Shown here: piece by piece, positions 30,358 to 40,625 of the stretch
Layout of the letters: each line of letters opens with the position of its first letter
Numbering within the stretch: the first letter of the stretch is position 1
Notes under the pieces: model-generated
Seen by the model: the letters and a program-made list of their open reading frames with translations, nothing else
Database searches by the model: none
What the model was told of the DNA's origin: nothing
Program-made: the position numbers and the translations under genes
IMG/VR virus record: IMGVR_UViG_3300005758_000087
Location: 1 to 64,000 of that record
Source: a virus
Lineage: Duplodnaviria; Caudoviricetes
DNA length: 64,000 bases
Strand: one strand, 5' to 3'

Positions 30358-30722
30358 TATGATATAATGTTTCGTTGAATTAGTTGATTTGGTTGGGGCA
30401 CCAAACTTATTCCATATAACGTAGTTTTACTTTTAAAACTATTTAGGTAGAGTGTTAGCAATGCAGTTGATTTAAAATTAGTAGTGGTCTTTAATTGATC
30501 TAATAAATCTAAAGCGTTGGTTTGAGTAAAGTTAGCTATCCTAAATACAATAGAGGAAAAATTACTAGCAATGTTATCGCTCTTCGTAACTTCATAAAAA
30601 TATGAATAAACCAACTCGTATTGATTTGAGTCTACTAGCAGGTCAAAGTTGTAAAACGCATCAAATACTCTAACCGTATTGTCTATCTGAGACTGAGGTC
30701 CTTCTAAAATTCTTGCTACCAT
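30357..30722 (-). CDS. Hypothetical virion protein
   Basis: 121-aa ORF coupled in the tail operon. Confidence 0.55.
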   Translation of the reverse strand: MVARILEGPQSQIDNTVRVFDAFYNFDLLVDSNQYELVYSYFYEVTKSDNIASNFSSIVFRIANFTQTNALDLLDQLKTTTNFKSTALLTLYLNSFKSKTTLYGISLVPQPNQLIQRNIIS

Positions 30723-30737
30723 TATTTTTTACTCCTA

Positions 30738-31919
30738 TTAACGAACTACCGGTGGTTTTGTTAGTATGTTTTTTATAGATTGATTTACTGAAGTAGTAGC
30801 AGACTTTACATCACTTGAGTTTAATGTAGGAAAACCAAACGTATTCGTTCTATTTGGTTGACCCGACAACGAACCTGATACTGAATTTAGGATATCCTGT
30901 CTTCCTGCTTGAAGGATAGATTGTGGATTTTTGAATGTATTATAAGCAGTACCGGCTTTTTGTATAGCACCTACAAAATTACCATTTTGTAAATCTTGTA
31001 TTACGCCGCCGGCGGCATCTCTTAATCCGCCTTGACCCAAAATAGTCGCATTGGCTCCGGGTCTTGCAATTGGACTAATTGTCCTGTCGTAGTTTTCTTC
31101 ATTACCAAAACCAGGTACAAATCTAGAAGGGTCTCTACCGTCTACTGCCCCTTCATAGTATTTTACAAATTCATACTGCAACGTCATTTGGTGTTCCATA
31201 GTACCATTCGCCTGAGAATAGTCATATGTGTCATGAGAAAAAGATTCAATAATAGGATTCATCAATCTATACAAAACAAAATTGTGTTGATTAAATCCAT
31301 ACACATCAATAGACTTAAAGAACGGCGCTTTAGATACTCCTAAATCTGATGCATAAGATGTTTCTGGCATCCTACTAGATTCGCCTATATATCCCCATTC
31401 GTTAGTATCATTGGGGTCAGATTTTGGATCGTAGATATCTCTGCGATTCAATCCTTTATTAAGATAGATCCCTTCACTATTAGTAGCATCTTTATAATAA
31501 TAGGTATAATAGGTATACCACAATCTTCTTATTAAATTTGCATTATCATCATGAAAGGTAAGTTGTACCGGATCATACTTAATTTTGGTCTGAATAACTC
31601 GTTTTCTATTATATTGATTTAATGTTTCTAATTCAAAGGTATATTTAGGAAGCTGTATGTTTTTTACTGCTAGTCCAAAATTTTGATCTTCTGGCCATTG
31701 ACTTGCAGTAGGTATAAAATCTTTGTTTATGTCAAAAAATACATGAAATAAAAATTTATATTTAGGAGCGTAGGAATAACTATCCGTCCTAAAGGTTTTA
31801 CTTGCGTGAGTGTAGTCACGCAAGTAATCCGCAGTAAATATACCTCTTACTGCGTTACCTACTTCGTTCTTTACAGTACTAGTAGCATCACGCAGTAAAT
31901 TTTGTATAAATCCAGACAT
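30738..31919 (-). CDS. Tail-tube-fold baseplate/tube-initiator protein
   Basis: VKNIQLPKYTF...NQYNRKR...YDPVQLTFHDD, gp19-like fold; directly follows the tube gene. Confidence 0.55.
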   Translation of the reverse strand: MSGFIQNLLRDATSTVKNEVGNAVRGIFTADYLRDYTHASKTFRTDSYSYAPKYKFLFHVFFDINKDFIPTASQWPEDQNFGLAVKNIQLPKYTFELETLNQYNRKRVIQTKIKYDPVQLTFHDDNANLIRRLWYTYYTYYYKDATNSEGIYLNKGLNRRDIYDPKSDPNDTNEWGYIGESSRMPETSYASDLGVSKAPFFKSIDVYGFNQHNFVLYRLMNPIIESFSHDTYDYSQANGTMEHQMTLQYEFVKYYEGAVDGRDPSRFVPGFGNEENYDRTISPIARPGANATILGQGGLRDAAGGVIQDLQNGNFVGAIQKAGTAYNTFKNPQSILQAGRQDILNSVSGSLSGQPNRTNTFGFPTLNSSDVKSATTSVNQSIKNILTKPPVVR

Positions 31920-32548
31920 TAACTTCCAATACCGGTTACTGATCCGCCGCCAAATGCTCTTCCAACGTTTGTTCCTACACCAGACTGCAATGGTGACTGA
32001 ATTGCATTATCATAACGCACAGTTAGTGAAACAGTTACTGGTTCGTTTGAGCTATAGTTCATGTTATTATAGTTTGCTTGTTGAATAAAGCATCCGTATA
32101 ATTCCCATGTTTCCAATACATTAGGTGCTAGTGTTCCATTACCACCGTCTAACACTTCATAATTTATTTGGAACTTATAGTCTTGACCAGTTGCTGCACT
32201 TGCTTGCTCTACGAAATCCATTTGCTTCTGTAGTTGCTGCCCTACTAGTTTAGAAATGTTTCCTTGAGCATCATCACGTAAGTTAATTGTAGTAGTCGCC
32301 CATTCATGCTTACCTGCCAAATATATTTTACTGTTATAAATGTCAATTGGTATTTCGTTAAATGTTAAACTAGGACGACTGATATCAATTACTTGTTTGG
32401 TTAATTCTGTTGTTGAACCACCTACGCCAAAGTTAAGAAACAATGCTCTAAAACGATATTGTAGTTTTGGCATCAATAGACCTTGACTATTAGTAGCATT
32501 ATCTGCTGCTACGGTCATATTGAACAGTGATTGTGAGGCTGTTGCCAT
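31919..32548 (-). CDS. gp19: Tail tube protein
   Basis: Follows the sheath gene; YRFR, GK..W..TTINLRDD, W.L.G and V.L..D pattern of gp19. Confidence 0.8.
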   Translation of the reverse strand: MATASQSLFNMTVAADNATNSQGLLMPKLQYRFRALFLNFGVGGSTTELTKQVIDISRPSLTFNEIPIDIYNSKIYLAGKHEWATTTINLRDDAQGNISKLVGQQLQKQMDFVEQASAATGQDYKFQINYEVLDGGNGTLAPNVLETWELYGCFIQQANYNNMNYSSNEPVTVSLTVRYDNAIQSPLQSGVGTNVGRAFGGGSVTGIGS

Positions 32549-32569
32549 TTTATATTTCTCCTATATTTT

Positions 32570-32602
32570 TATTTATCAGGGGCGATTTTTAAAAATCGCC
32601 CC
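32570..32602 (-). terminator. Sheath terminator hairpin abutting the tube-gene late promoter
   Basis: GGGGCGATTTT-TA-AAAATCGCCCC at 32579-32602; GATAAATA at 32570-32577. Confidence 0.65.
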
Positions 32603-32611
32603 CTTAGCTAA

Positions 32612-35600
32612 TTAAAACGAAAAATTAGCCAATTCTCCGGTATTCAAGACACGAACAGGGATGTAAATAAATTCTGCTGCTTTCACTGGTTCAATCGCAA
32701 CATCTATCCAAAGTTCATTTCTATCTATACGTGCCGGTGTGTTGTTGCTTTCGTCACATACCACTAAGTAGTCGAAAAGACCTCTCTTTGCAACTAAGTC
32801 AATGAACAATGACTGAACTACACCTGTTATTTCATTACGTGTTACAGAATCGTTAGGTTCAAACACAAATGGTCTTGCAGCTACCTGCAAACGTTCACGA
32901 ATGTATGCAACTAAACGAGCTACGTTGATTCGATCTAGTGCAGATTGACTATTAAAGCTATTTTTGTTTCCATAGTTTAATAAACCAACACCTGTAAAGA
33001 ATGCCAATGGATTTATCTGATTAGTGTATAATACATCCCTTATGGACATACGATTCTTAATTGTGACAAATTCACCGGTAGCCGCATCTAAGTATCCAAT
33101 ATTAGTTGCGTTATCTATTGTACCCCTTCTTGTACCAGCTGGTGCAAACCAAGGATACGCAACGGTATCATTTCTTAATATAGTACGCAACATCATGTGA
33201 CTTGCAGGAACAACAACTTCAGACCCAGATAGATCCGTTGTTATACCACTTGGATAGAATAGTCCCAAATAAGTATCACGTGTTACTAAACCATCTTCAC
33301 CGGTTGAGGATGCACCTGCTTCATTATTTGCCCAATTGGTAATTGCTGTAGCTTGATCGGGCAATCTTAACGGTGTGTCACCGATAATATAAGCAGTGTT
33401 GTTTCTATCATTATTAAGAACTACCATATCTGGCTGTAATTCCGGATAGTTAGGACATGCAATCAAGTTAAAGAAGGTATCTTCTTCTCTTATACTTTGA
33501 TTAGTGCCAATCGCTGCTTTTAGTGCCTGAACTACTACATTACGTTGAGCCTTACGTCCCATATATGGAGATCCGTTAGTCTTTAATCCGCTAGCACTTA
33601 CCCATGTATACGAATATGAGGGTAAAGGACCTTCAGGGTAATTAGCAGCAGTAAAATAGTTTGTTCTAAATTGTTTTACATTATATCCTGAACGGCGTGT
33701 GTTAAACAACAACATTCCCTGTGGGTACAAAGCTGGATCAGGCGCATCTAAATCTAAATAATTGCTGGTCAACAATGAAACAATACTTGGTATAGGATCG
33801 CTTACTGGATCAGTTGTGCCGTTATTGGCCCAACGTGCATCTGCAAATAGTATACCATTTTGACTAGTTTGATCAGTGACATCAATTCTTACCCATTGGT
33901 CTACTCCTTCTACTGCTTCCCAACGGCTGATCACTGGATAATTCTCTAAGTCGCTAGTGTCTAACCATAGATCACCATAGACCAATGAAGTTCCGTCAGT
34001 TTGTGCTGTGGGTGCAGTAGTACTAATAATAGGACCTAGAGGATCTGTAGCATTTACTCCGGTTGTTATCGGATGTCCGGTATTGTCATAGTTAGTATTT
34101 TTGTAGCCTATCCATGCTCCGTTTTTCTGCACCATTATATCTACTTGAGTTGCAGTACTATAGAACCAATTAGTGCCGTTCGCTGGGTTAGTCGCTGGCG
34201 CACCCTCATTAGCAATATAACTTATTTCTCTCCAATTAGATAACATTGTAGTTGGATTCAATCTAGGAGTTCCAGAATAGTAAGATACATCTACGACACC
34301 GCCTGCACTAACGTCTTGCACATATAACACTAAGTTATGTGCAGGAGTAACTCCGCCTATGTCCGCGCCTGCAATTGTTATCAAATCGCCAGCTGCGTAA
34401 CCTGTACCAGGAGCTGTTAATGTGAACTCATAATAGTCACCCCAATTTCTAATAGTGAACTCTGCTCCGGTTCCTGAACCAGTTGTTGAAGATTGTGTTA
34501 CGCCAACTAGTATAGGTGAAACGACAGGACCATAAGTAACACCTGGTGTTTGGAACGTGAAACCTATTTCGTCCAATAAACCATTGCTTTGTTCACTCCC
34601 ATCTACATCTAGTAAAATAATGTCGCCGCCTAATACGTGTTCTAATACAATGTATCCTTCATTAGACACACTTGCAGTAGTATTAGGAATACCAGCTGCT
34701 AACCAAGAAGCAACAAATTCTTCAGCAGTTGGTCCAGTGGTAGTAACAGTGTAGACTGTAGGACCTGCATTAGGAACTAATGGAGTTTGACCTGGGGCCG
34801 AAACGATAACAAACAATTGTTGACCGCCAGTAATGCTAGGATTAGCAACTGTTCCCTGTACTATAGTAGGACCAACTGAAAATCTACTTAATAATTTCAT
34901 ACCTACATTAGGTACAAATCTCGAAGGACCCATTGTAGCTATTACAGTGCCACTAGGTATAGATTTTCCACCTGAAGCATCAATGTTAGCAGTAGCAACA
35001 GTAGGGTCACTGTAAATAGAAACGCTCTTATTCGCAAAAGAAGCAGTAGTATCGTCATACTGAGACACTAATAAGTTTGCACCTTGTCCGGAAACGCTTG
35101 TTTTAATCCAAACTGAACCAGTAGGATGAGGCTGTGCTTGCCCTCTAGTCCAAAGTGGCATTTGAGCAGAATTACCAAACTCTACTTTAGGTGAATAATA
35201 TGTTCCTACCTCAATACCCATATCAGTCAATGGAGTATTTGTAGTATTAGACAATGTAATGTAAGAATTGACGTTTCCTACGTCAGGATATCCTGATGAT
35301 ATCACTAGCAAACCGTTAAACACTACTGCACGTAGCCAACTATCATTGATATTATTAATTGCGTCTGCTACGTCTACTACGTTCCAACCACCATTAATAG
35401 TTATTGTTCTAGAATAAACGCCATTTACATTTATAGTAAACTCGTCTCCGCTTGTTAACACGGGGTTGGATACTGTACCTAATACTGTAGGCTGAGACAA
35501 TTTCCATTGGGTACTTCCTAATTCTACCCAATTATTAGCTATATTTTTATAGAAATATGTCGCACGTGAGTAAGAAAAACCTTCAATTTCAGTAGGAATT

Positions 35601-36160
35601 ACTGCATAAGACCCTATTGTTCCCAAAAAGTCTGCAGGGAAGCCATCTACAATATTTACGGGATCAGTAATAACTATAGGATTTTGTAAATTAAATTTTC
35701 CGGTATTTGCATTAAACTCGTAAATTCCCCATGTGCTATTAGTAGTGTCTAACCAATAGGTTCCGTTTTCAGGTGAGCCTACCGGACGGCTTAGTGTGCC
35801 TACTAAACTTGCCATATCTACATCTGCACGAAGAACGAAGCAGCGGTTAGTGGCTCCTAAAACGGAATATGCCGCCAAAAGACCATATTCATTAAGTTCA
35901 TAACCTTGTATGCTAGTTCCGTTTGTTGTTTTGTAAAAAAATGGGTTGCCAAAAAGATTAACTAAGTCTCTTTGACTTGTAACTTGATATAATTTGTTTG
36001 CATTTGCACTCGTTGTTGCAGGAGCAACTCCGGTTCCGGCTGCATTGGCCTTATTCTGTGCTGTAGCTAATAATATTAGCGGTACTGAGTTAGAAGATGC
36101 TGGAAGATATTGACTTTGATCAATAATTGAAACTTCTACTCCTGGAGATACTAGTGCCAT
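32612..36160 (-). CDS. gp18: Tail sheath protein
   Basis: MALVSPGVEV N-terminus; C-terminal YPWFAPAG..RG, LDRINV.RL, FEPND and IEPVKAAEFIYIP; 1182 aa with insertions. Confidence 0.95.
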   Translation of the reverse strand: MALVSPGVEVSIIDQSQYLPASSNSVPLILLATAQNKANAAGTGVAPATTSANANKLYQVTSQRDLVNLFGNPFFYKTTNGTSIQGYELNEYGLLAAYSVLGATNRCFVLRADVDMASLVGTLSRPVGSPENGTYWLDTTNSTWGIYEFNANTGKFNLQNPIVITDPVNIVDGFPADFLGTIGSYAVIPTEIEGFSYSRATYFYKNIANNWVELGSTQWKLSQPTVLGTVSNPVLTSGDEFTINVNGVYSRTITINGGWNVVDVADAINNINDSWLRAVVFNGLLVISSGYPDVGNVNSYITLSNTTNTPLTDMGIEVGTYYSPKVEFGNSAQMPLWTRGQAQPHPTGSVWIKTSVSGQGANLLVSQYDDTTASFANKSVSIYSDPTVATANIDASGGKSIPSGTVIATMGPSRFVPNVGMKLLSRFSVGPTIVQGTVANPSITGGQQLFVIVSAPGQTPLVPNAGPTVYTVTTTGPTAEEFVASWLAAGIPNTTASVSNEGYIVLEHVLGGDIILLDVDGSEQSNGLLDEIGFTFQTPGVTYGPVVSPILVGVTQSSTTGSGTGAEFTIRNWGDYYEFTLTAPGTGYAAGDLITIAGADIGGVTPAHNLVLYVQDVSAGGVVDVSYYSGTPRLNPTTMLSNWREISYIANEGAPATNPANGTNWFYSTATQVDIMVQKNGAWIGYKNTNYDNTGHPITTGVNATDPLGPIISTTAPTAQTDGTSLVYGDLWLDTSDLENYPVISRWEAVEGVDQWVRIDVTDQTSQNGILFADARWANNGTTDPVSDPIPSIVSLLTSNYLDLDAPDPALYPQGMLLFNTRRSGYNVKQFRTNYFTAANYPEGPLPSYSYTWVSASGLKTNGSPYMGRKAQRNVVVQALKAAIGTNQSIREEDTFFNLIACPNYPELQPDMVVLNNDRNNTAYIIGDTPLRLPDQATAITNWANNEAGASSTGEDGLVTRDTYLGLFYPSGITTDLSGSEVVVPASHMMLRTILRNDTVAYPWFAPAGTRRGTIDNATNIGYLDAATGEFVTIKNRMSIRDVLYTNQINPLAFFTGVGLLNYGNKNSFNSQSALDRINVARLVAYIRERLQVAARPFVFEPNDSVTRNEITGVVQSLFIDLVAKRGLFDYLVVCDESNNTPARIDRNELWIDVAIEPVKAAEFIYIPVRVLNTGELANFSF

Positions 36161-36266
36161 TTTTATTTTCCTTTATGTTATGATTATGAGGTTTAACTCC
36201 CTATATCGTTATTATATTTAGCGATTTATTTAAAAAATGACCAATAAGCGTGCCTTTAAAGGCTGT

Positions 36267-36274
36267 GATAAATA
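36267..36274 (+). promoter_or_regulatory. Putative late promoter GATAAATA
   Basis: Immediately upstream of the ATG at 36280. Confidence 0.5.
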
Positions 36275-36279
36275 TCTGC

Positions 36280-36624
36280 ATGAAACGCCCTGTGTGTAAT
36301 TTATGTAATAAAAACCTATGCGCAATAAATTATATTCGCAAAGGTAAAACATACTATAGAAGCAAGTGCGATGAATGCGGAAGAACTAAAGAAAAGAAAA
36401 AACCCAGAGTACCTAAATGGCAGATGTCTGGGTATAAGAAAAAAGTAACATGTGATTCCTGCGGATTTAAAGCATCATATGCTACACAAATGACAGTTTA
36501 TCATATAGACGGTAATTTAGAAAACACTGAGTTTATAAATCTTAGAACCATATGCTTAAACTGTGTTGAAGTAATAAAAAGAAAAGAAGTTAAATGGAAA
36601 AGGGGAGATTTAGAAGTTGATTAA
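36280..36624 (+). CDS. Zn-finger / degenerate HNH-like protein
   Basis: CxxC pairs and YHIDGN..N....NL.TICLNC; start likely MKRPVC at 36280. Confidence 0.6.
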   Translation: MKRPVCNLCNKNLCAINYIRKGKTYYRSKCDECGRTKEKKKPRVPKWQMSGYKKKVTCDSCGFKASYATQMTVYHIDGNLENTEFINLRTICLNCVEVIKRKEVKWKRGDLEVD

Positions 36625-37242
36625 TTTATCAACTTCTCTGTATAAATCTTCCATAGAACCATCGTTGGTGATGTAATAATCATAAATTAATCCAACACTA
36701 CTGTATTCGCTTGCATGAATCCCTAATGATTCTAATTTATTTTTACAAGCCTCCCAATTTTCTGTTTTAGGAACCTTATTACACTCTACTGCATCGTTGT
36801 ACCAAACTGGGTTCGGTCCTCTAGAAACTCTAATTACTATTCCGCCGGCACGCCGTATGCTTTCTATTTCATTTTTAAATCTACAGTCAGTGATTACAAT
36901 ATTATCTTTAGTTTTTCTTAATTTGTTTTCTACACTGGCTATCCAAATTTCTGAATGAAATTTGTCTCGAAATAGATCAGTTCCCCAATTTTGCAACACC
37001 CACCTTGGACTAAGATCAGGAATAGATAGTCTGTTACTCCACCAAACATCTACCTGCTCTCTCCAAATTCTACTTTCTTTTGTAGATCCCTCAAGTAACT
37101 GTCTATCCCAACCAAATATGTTTGAAACGGCATCTTTTAATGATGCTGCAAAACTTATTCGCTGAAACCCATGTGCAGACGTTAGATAGTCTGCTATTGT
37201 ATCTTTGCCGCTAGCAATAAATCCAGTAATTCCGATAATCAT
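36610..37242 (-). CDS. gp1: Deoxynucleoside monophosphate kinase (T4 gp1-like)
   Basis: IIGITGFIASGKDT, SFAASLK, PRWVLQNWGTD, VITDCRFKNE. Confidence 0.88.
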   Translation of the reverse strand: MIIGITGFIASGKDTIADYLTSAHGFQRISFAASLKDAVSNIFGWDRQLLEGSTKESRIWREQVDVWWSNRLSIPDLSPRWVLQNWGTDLFRDKFHSEIWIASVENKLRKTKDNIVITDCRFKNEIESIRRAGGIVIRVSRGPNPVWYNDAVECNKVPKTENWEACKNKLESLGIHASEYSSVGLIYDYYITNDGSMEDLYREVDKLINF

Positions 37243-37297
37243 AAAAAAGCCCTGTAATACTTAGCATATCACAGGGCTTAGGAAAAATTATTTAAAA

Positions 37298-38059
37298 TTA
37301 ACCTATTATGAACGTGTAGGGCTGGCTGTAATCTACGAAGTTTTTGAGATCGATTAATAATTGTTCTTGCATAGCCTTACCCTCAGCTTTCAGTGCGGTT
37401 CCATTCAACGTAGTCCCCCCGCTGGGTCCCGCAATACTAGCAAATTTTTCTCTGGCTTCACCTAGAGTCATTTTAAGCTGACTTAGTGTCCAATCGCCTA
37501 TCCAAACACTTGCTCCGGGGTCCTGCAATAATTGTTGCTCAGGTCTAATGATATCAGCCCAAATTAATATTTGTTCGCCAGAACCTTTGGGATCTCTAAC
37601 TAGTTTTATTTGTTTAGTCACCGGATTAAATGTATAGATTACATATCCACCGAACATTCTAGCTGCCAATTCAATGTATTGTGCATAAAAGTCGTATGTG
37701 GCTAGCCCTCCGGCATAATTGTAATTTAGAAGATAGGTATTTAAAATAGCACTACTAAATGGGTCAAAACTGCTTGCTGCAGGACCAGTTTCCAATCCAA
37801 CTGTTCGTCTAAATATTGCCCTGACGTTTATGAACTCTTCTGGTAAGGTATATACATTTACATTTTTTTCTATTTTCATTAATGTATATGATTCCTGAGT
37901 GGAATTTTGTGCTCTCTGTCGATAGATTTTTATAGCATAGCGGTACGCTGCTTCATAATGCTCAGGATCTAACTCTACGTCTACCATTCCGTCGCCTAAT
38001 CGTAAACGTAAATTTTTAAATAATTCGTCTTTAAGTTCTTGTAAGTTATTGCCCGACAT
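37298..38059 (-). CDS. gp13: Neck protein (gp13-like)
   Basis: LRLGDGMVDVELD, KF..IAGPSGGTTLNG motifs; GATAAATA at 38079-38086. Confidence 0.8.
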   Translation of the reverse strand: MSGNNLQELKDELFKNLRLRLGDGMVDVELDPEHYEAAYRYAIKIYRQRAQNSTQESYTLMKIEKNVNVYTLPEEFINVRAIFRRTVGLETGPAASSFDPFSSAILNTYLLNYNYAGGLATYDFYAQYIELAARMFGGYVIYTFNPVTKQIKLVRDPKGSGEQILIWADIIRPEQQLLQDPGASVWIGDWTLSQLKMTLGEAREKFASIAGPSGGTTLNGTALKAEGKAMQEQLLIDLKNFVDYSQPYTFIIG

Positions 38060-38094
38060 AGTATATTCCTTTATATACTATTTATCGGGCGTAT

Positions 38095-38727
38095 TTAAAC
38101 AAACCTAACTAGATTATTTCTAGAAATTGCAGAATTGGACATTTTGATCAACTTTTTCATAGAAGCCGATGGTATTCTTAATTTAACTTGATTTTCATTG
38201 TACTCTAGAACCATAAATTTGTTCGCGGCTCTGAAAGTTTGAAAAGGCGAGAATGTAACCTCACCGGTAATTTTTCTATGAATCTTCACATAGTCAACTA
38301 GTTGCTTGTTAATATCCTCATACGCTTCTTCCATAATATACTGAATGTCAGGATAATTCAAATAGCATAAATCATACCTGACTATTTTATTGATTTTTGC
38401 GTCATAAGCAACTAATAACAGTGCCTGAAGTTTTTGAAAAAACTTACTAGATTTATATGATTTTAACAAAAATTCAGATAAAGTTACTGTACCTATTGTC
38501 CAATTAGAATCAGATTCTATATTTTTTGATTTAATTTCTATTCCGTATTCTGATATATCTACTACGCCTTCAATATCAATTCTCAACTGTCGGCCGATAT
38601 AATTGTGTATATATGTTCCCAAATGACTGGGATCTACCATGTCCTCAGGTAAGTTCAAGTCGTATAAAAATGCAAAGGTTTTTTCACTTAATCGAGTATT
38701 CATTGAATTACTTTTGGTAGAGGTCAT
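38095..38727 (-). CDS. MutH/Sau3AI-like PD-(D/E)xK endonuclease
   Basis: VDISEYGIEIKSK followed by SKFFQKL..LLLV resembles MutH D..LG.ELK...SHV..KL..VLW; start likely 38727, after the mazG stop. Confidence 0.5.
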   Translation of the reverse strand: MTSTKSNSMNTRLSEKTFAFLYDLNLPEDMVDPSHLGTYIHNYIGRQLRIDIEGVVDISEYGIEIKSKNIESDSNWTIGTVTLSEFLLKSYKSSKFFQKLQALLLVAYDAKINKIVRYDLCYLNYPDIQYIMEEAYEDINKQLVDYVKIHRKITGEVTFSPFQTFRAANKFMVLEYNENQVKLRIPSASMKKLIKMSNSAISRNNLVRFV

Positions 38728-38728
38728 G

Positions 38729-39160
38729 TTAAATATCCCCATCTTTACGGTTTTCACTATAGTGAGGATCAAAGTTTCCACCTGGGTATCGTGCTTCAAG
38801 CTTCTTGACATTCTCCGCAATTACTTCATTGGGATCTAAATCAAGTGCCCTACATGCGTTAATCCAATACCAAATAACATCTCCCAATTCTCTTTTCATG
38901 TGGTATACATTTTCTTCATTAAGTGGTTTGCCCTGAAAGAACATTTTTTTGGGAATTTCACAAAACTCACCTGTCTCTGCTGCAAGTCCTAATGCTGCTG
39001 TTAAAAGTAAAGGCACATTAATATCAGGTCCATGCGAGCCATCTTCACTACTATAATTTGCATCTAGTTCATCACAGCGGTTCATGAAAGTAGTTAAATC
39101 ATTGCTTGATTTACTTGTTACCGCTTTTACAAAATCTTTATACTTGTTTAAGTCAATCAT
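38729..39160 (-). CDS. MazG-like nucleotide pyrophosphohydrolase
   Basis: GLAAETGEFCEIPKK...ELGDVIWY...N..KL..RYP. Confidence 0.85.
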   Translation of the reverse strand: MIDLNKYKDFVKAVTSKSSNDLTTFMNRCDELDANYSSEDGSHGPDINVPLLLTAALGLAAETGEFCEIPKKMFFQGKPLNEENVYHMKRELGDVIWYWINACRALDLDPNEVIAENVKKLEARYPGGNFDPHYSENRKDGDI

Positions 39161-39339
39161 TCGTCATCATCTCCAAATAAATATGCTGCCATTTTTCGTT
39201 GTGTCGTGTCTGGATCCTTTTTTGCGCACTCAAAACAAATTTCTTCGTCATTAGGACCATATGGTCTACATTCATCAATTACACCACATATTTGACATGC
39301 TTGCGGTGGTTCTTCTGCTATAAATCCTCGCCCGCTCAT
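39157..39339 (-). CDS. Small Zn-finger protein
   Basis: CQIC...CFEC; 60 aa. Confidence 0.55.
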   Translation of the reverse strand: MSGRGFIAEEPPQACQICGVIDECRPYGPNDEEICFECAKKDPDTTQRKMAAYLFGDDDE

Positions 39340-39342
39340 TTT

Positions 39343-39453
39343 CTACCCTTTAATCTGATTGGTAATTTTATTACATTTCTCATACAAAACACCCATGCAA
39401 AAACCGAATCCTGTCCATCCTATAATCATTAGCGCGTACCAAATGTGTTTCAT
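39343..39453 (-). CDS. Small membrane peptide (36 aa)
   Basis: Not in the track. MKHIWYALMIIGWTGFGFCMGVLYEK...; ATG lies within the junction repeat with a GGAG RBS. Confidence 0.5.
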   Translation of the reverse strand: MKHIWYALMIIGWTGFGFCMGVLYEKCNKITNQIKG

Positions 39454-39456
39454 TTT

Positions 39457-39654
39457 TCAACTCCGAAAAAGTGGAACACCGTCGGTTAACATCCTAACAT
39501 AGATCAAGTTGGGAAAAGTGTCAAGTGTGCCACGATGCCGCTCAATTTTGATCGACCATTGTTCTGGGACTTCTGGGTCAGTTTCTAGACCATAGAAAAA
39601 CTGATCCCGAGCACCCGATTCAATTTGCTGTTTGAAATACACTTCAATGTTCAT
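39457..39654 (-). CDS. Hypothetical protein
   Basis: 65-aa ORF bounded by junction repeats. Confidence 0.6.
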   Translation of the reverse strand: MNIEVYFKQQIESGARDQFFYGLETDPEVPEQWSIKIERHRGTLDTFPNLIYVRMLTDGVPLFRS

Positions 39655-39824
39655 TTTAACAACTCCATAATGATAATAAAGACACTGGGCATGGCAAAAA
39701 CTAGTGCCAATGCCAAAAAAATGCTGTCACGATACCACGGAACATATGGAATATTCAATGTTTTACACAGTTCTTTATCGGACATTTTGCTGACATCAAT
39801 GTAGTGTACTTTTCGTTCGTTCAT
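39651..39824 (-). CDS. Small membrane protein (57 aa)
   Basis: Not in the track. MNERKVHYIDVSK...FLALALVFAMPSVFIIIMELLK*. Confidence 0.6.
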   Translation of the reverse strand: MNERKVHYIDVSKMSDKELCKTLNIPYVPWYRDSIFLALALVFAMPSVFIIIMELLK

Positions 39825-39964
39825 TCTTTAACTCCATTAACAATTTGCCATTTTCTAAAAGCACCCCAAGCAGTTGGAAAGTATGTTGTTTGTGTTCCAA
39901 TCAGATTACAACTCCATAAAGGTTCACCAAAATCTAATACTGTTTTATGCAAATGTGGTTTCAT
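39821..39964 (-). CDS. Small hypothetical protein (47 aa)
   Basis: Not in the track. MKPHLHKTVLDFGEP...VNGVKE*; bounded by junction repeats. Confidence 0.55.
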   Translation of the reverse strand: MKPHLHKTVLDFGEPLWSCNLIGTQTTYFPTAWGAFRKWQIVNGVKE

Positions 39965-40188
39965 TCTTCAACTCCAAAATGTTCTGCTACATTACAAACA
40001 CGATTGATAACTTCTAGCATCTTGCCATCACCTGGTTCGGGCAAGTCTTTACTGAATACTTCCATACATTCAGCCACAATCAACTCAGCGAACTTTTCCA
40101 ATTCGTCTGCATAGAATTGATACACACCTAGATTTTGTTTATGTGTTGATCCAGCCTGTTCAGCAAGTTCTCGAATTCGTTCGTTCAT
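39961..40188 (-). CDS. MNERI-family small protein
   Basis: MNERIRELAEQAG...EKFAELIV.EC...HFGVEE; paralogs nearby. Confidence 0.75.
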   Translation of the reverse strand: MNERIRELAEQAGSTHKQNLGVYQFYADELEKFAELIVAECMEVFSKDLPEPGDGKMLEVINRVCNVAEHFGVEE

Positions 40189-40352
40189 CAGTTAATCCCA
40201 TCAAGATAAAATTTGTATTCCAGACGCATTGCTGCTTCAATTTCCGCATCAGCATCGATGTTATGAAGTTCTTGCAGTTGCGACTTTATATCATCACCAA
40301 ATGATACTGTGTATCGTTTACGCCATTCTTCGTATGTTAGTTTTTCGTTCAT
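40188..40352 (-). CDS. Small hypothetical protein (54 aa)
   Basis: Not in the track. MNEKLTYEEWRKRY...YLDGIN*; TGATG coupling to the next gene. Confidence 0.6.
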   Translation of the reverse strand: MNEKLTYEEWRKRYTVSFGDDIKSQLQELHNIDADAEIEAAMRLEYKFYLDGIN

Positions 40353-40579
40353 TCTTCAACTCCAAAATGTTCTTTAATAGTGTCGGCACAGTCCAGTACC
40401 CCACGACGATAATCGTAGCGATATCGGGTATCGGTTTCGTCCATGGATTTACATAATGCCATACATTCTCTCACAATCAACTCGGCGAATTTTTGCATTT
40501 CTTCATCAATGCCCATCGATTCAATAACAAAATCGTATAGTCCGGCCTGTTCCATCAGTTCTTTAATTCGTTCGTTCAT
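40349..40579 (-). CDS. MNERI-family small protein
   Basis: MNERIKELMEQAG...KFAELIVREC...HFGVEE; start set at MNERI. Confidence 0.75.
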   Translation of the reverse strand: MNERIKELMEQAGLYDFVIESMGIDEEMQKFAELIVRECMALCKSMDETDTRYRYDYRRGVLDCADTIKEHFGVEE

Positions 40580-40625
40580 CGCAATATCCATACAATAAGT
40601 ACCACCCCAATCATAAACCAGAACA

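Noticed and set aside
38729-38820. Track start (38820) for the MutH-like gene
   Set aside because: It overlaps the mazG-like gene by about 90 nt; the ATG at 38727 right after the mazG stop with a GGGG/GGA RBS is more plausible.
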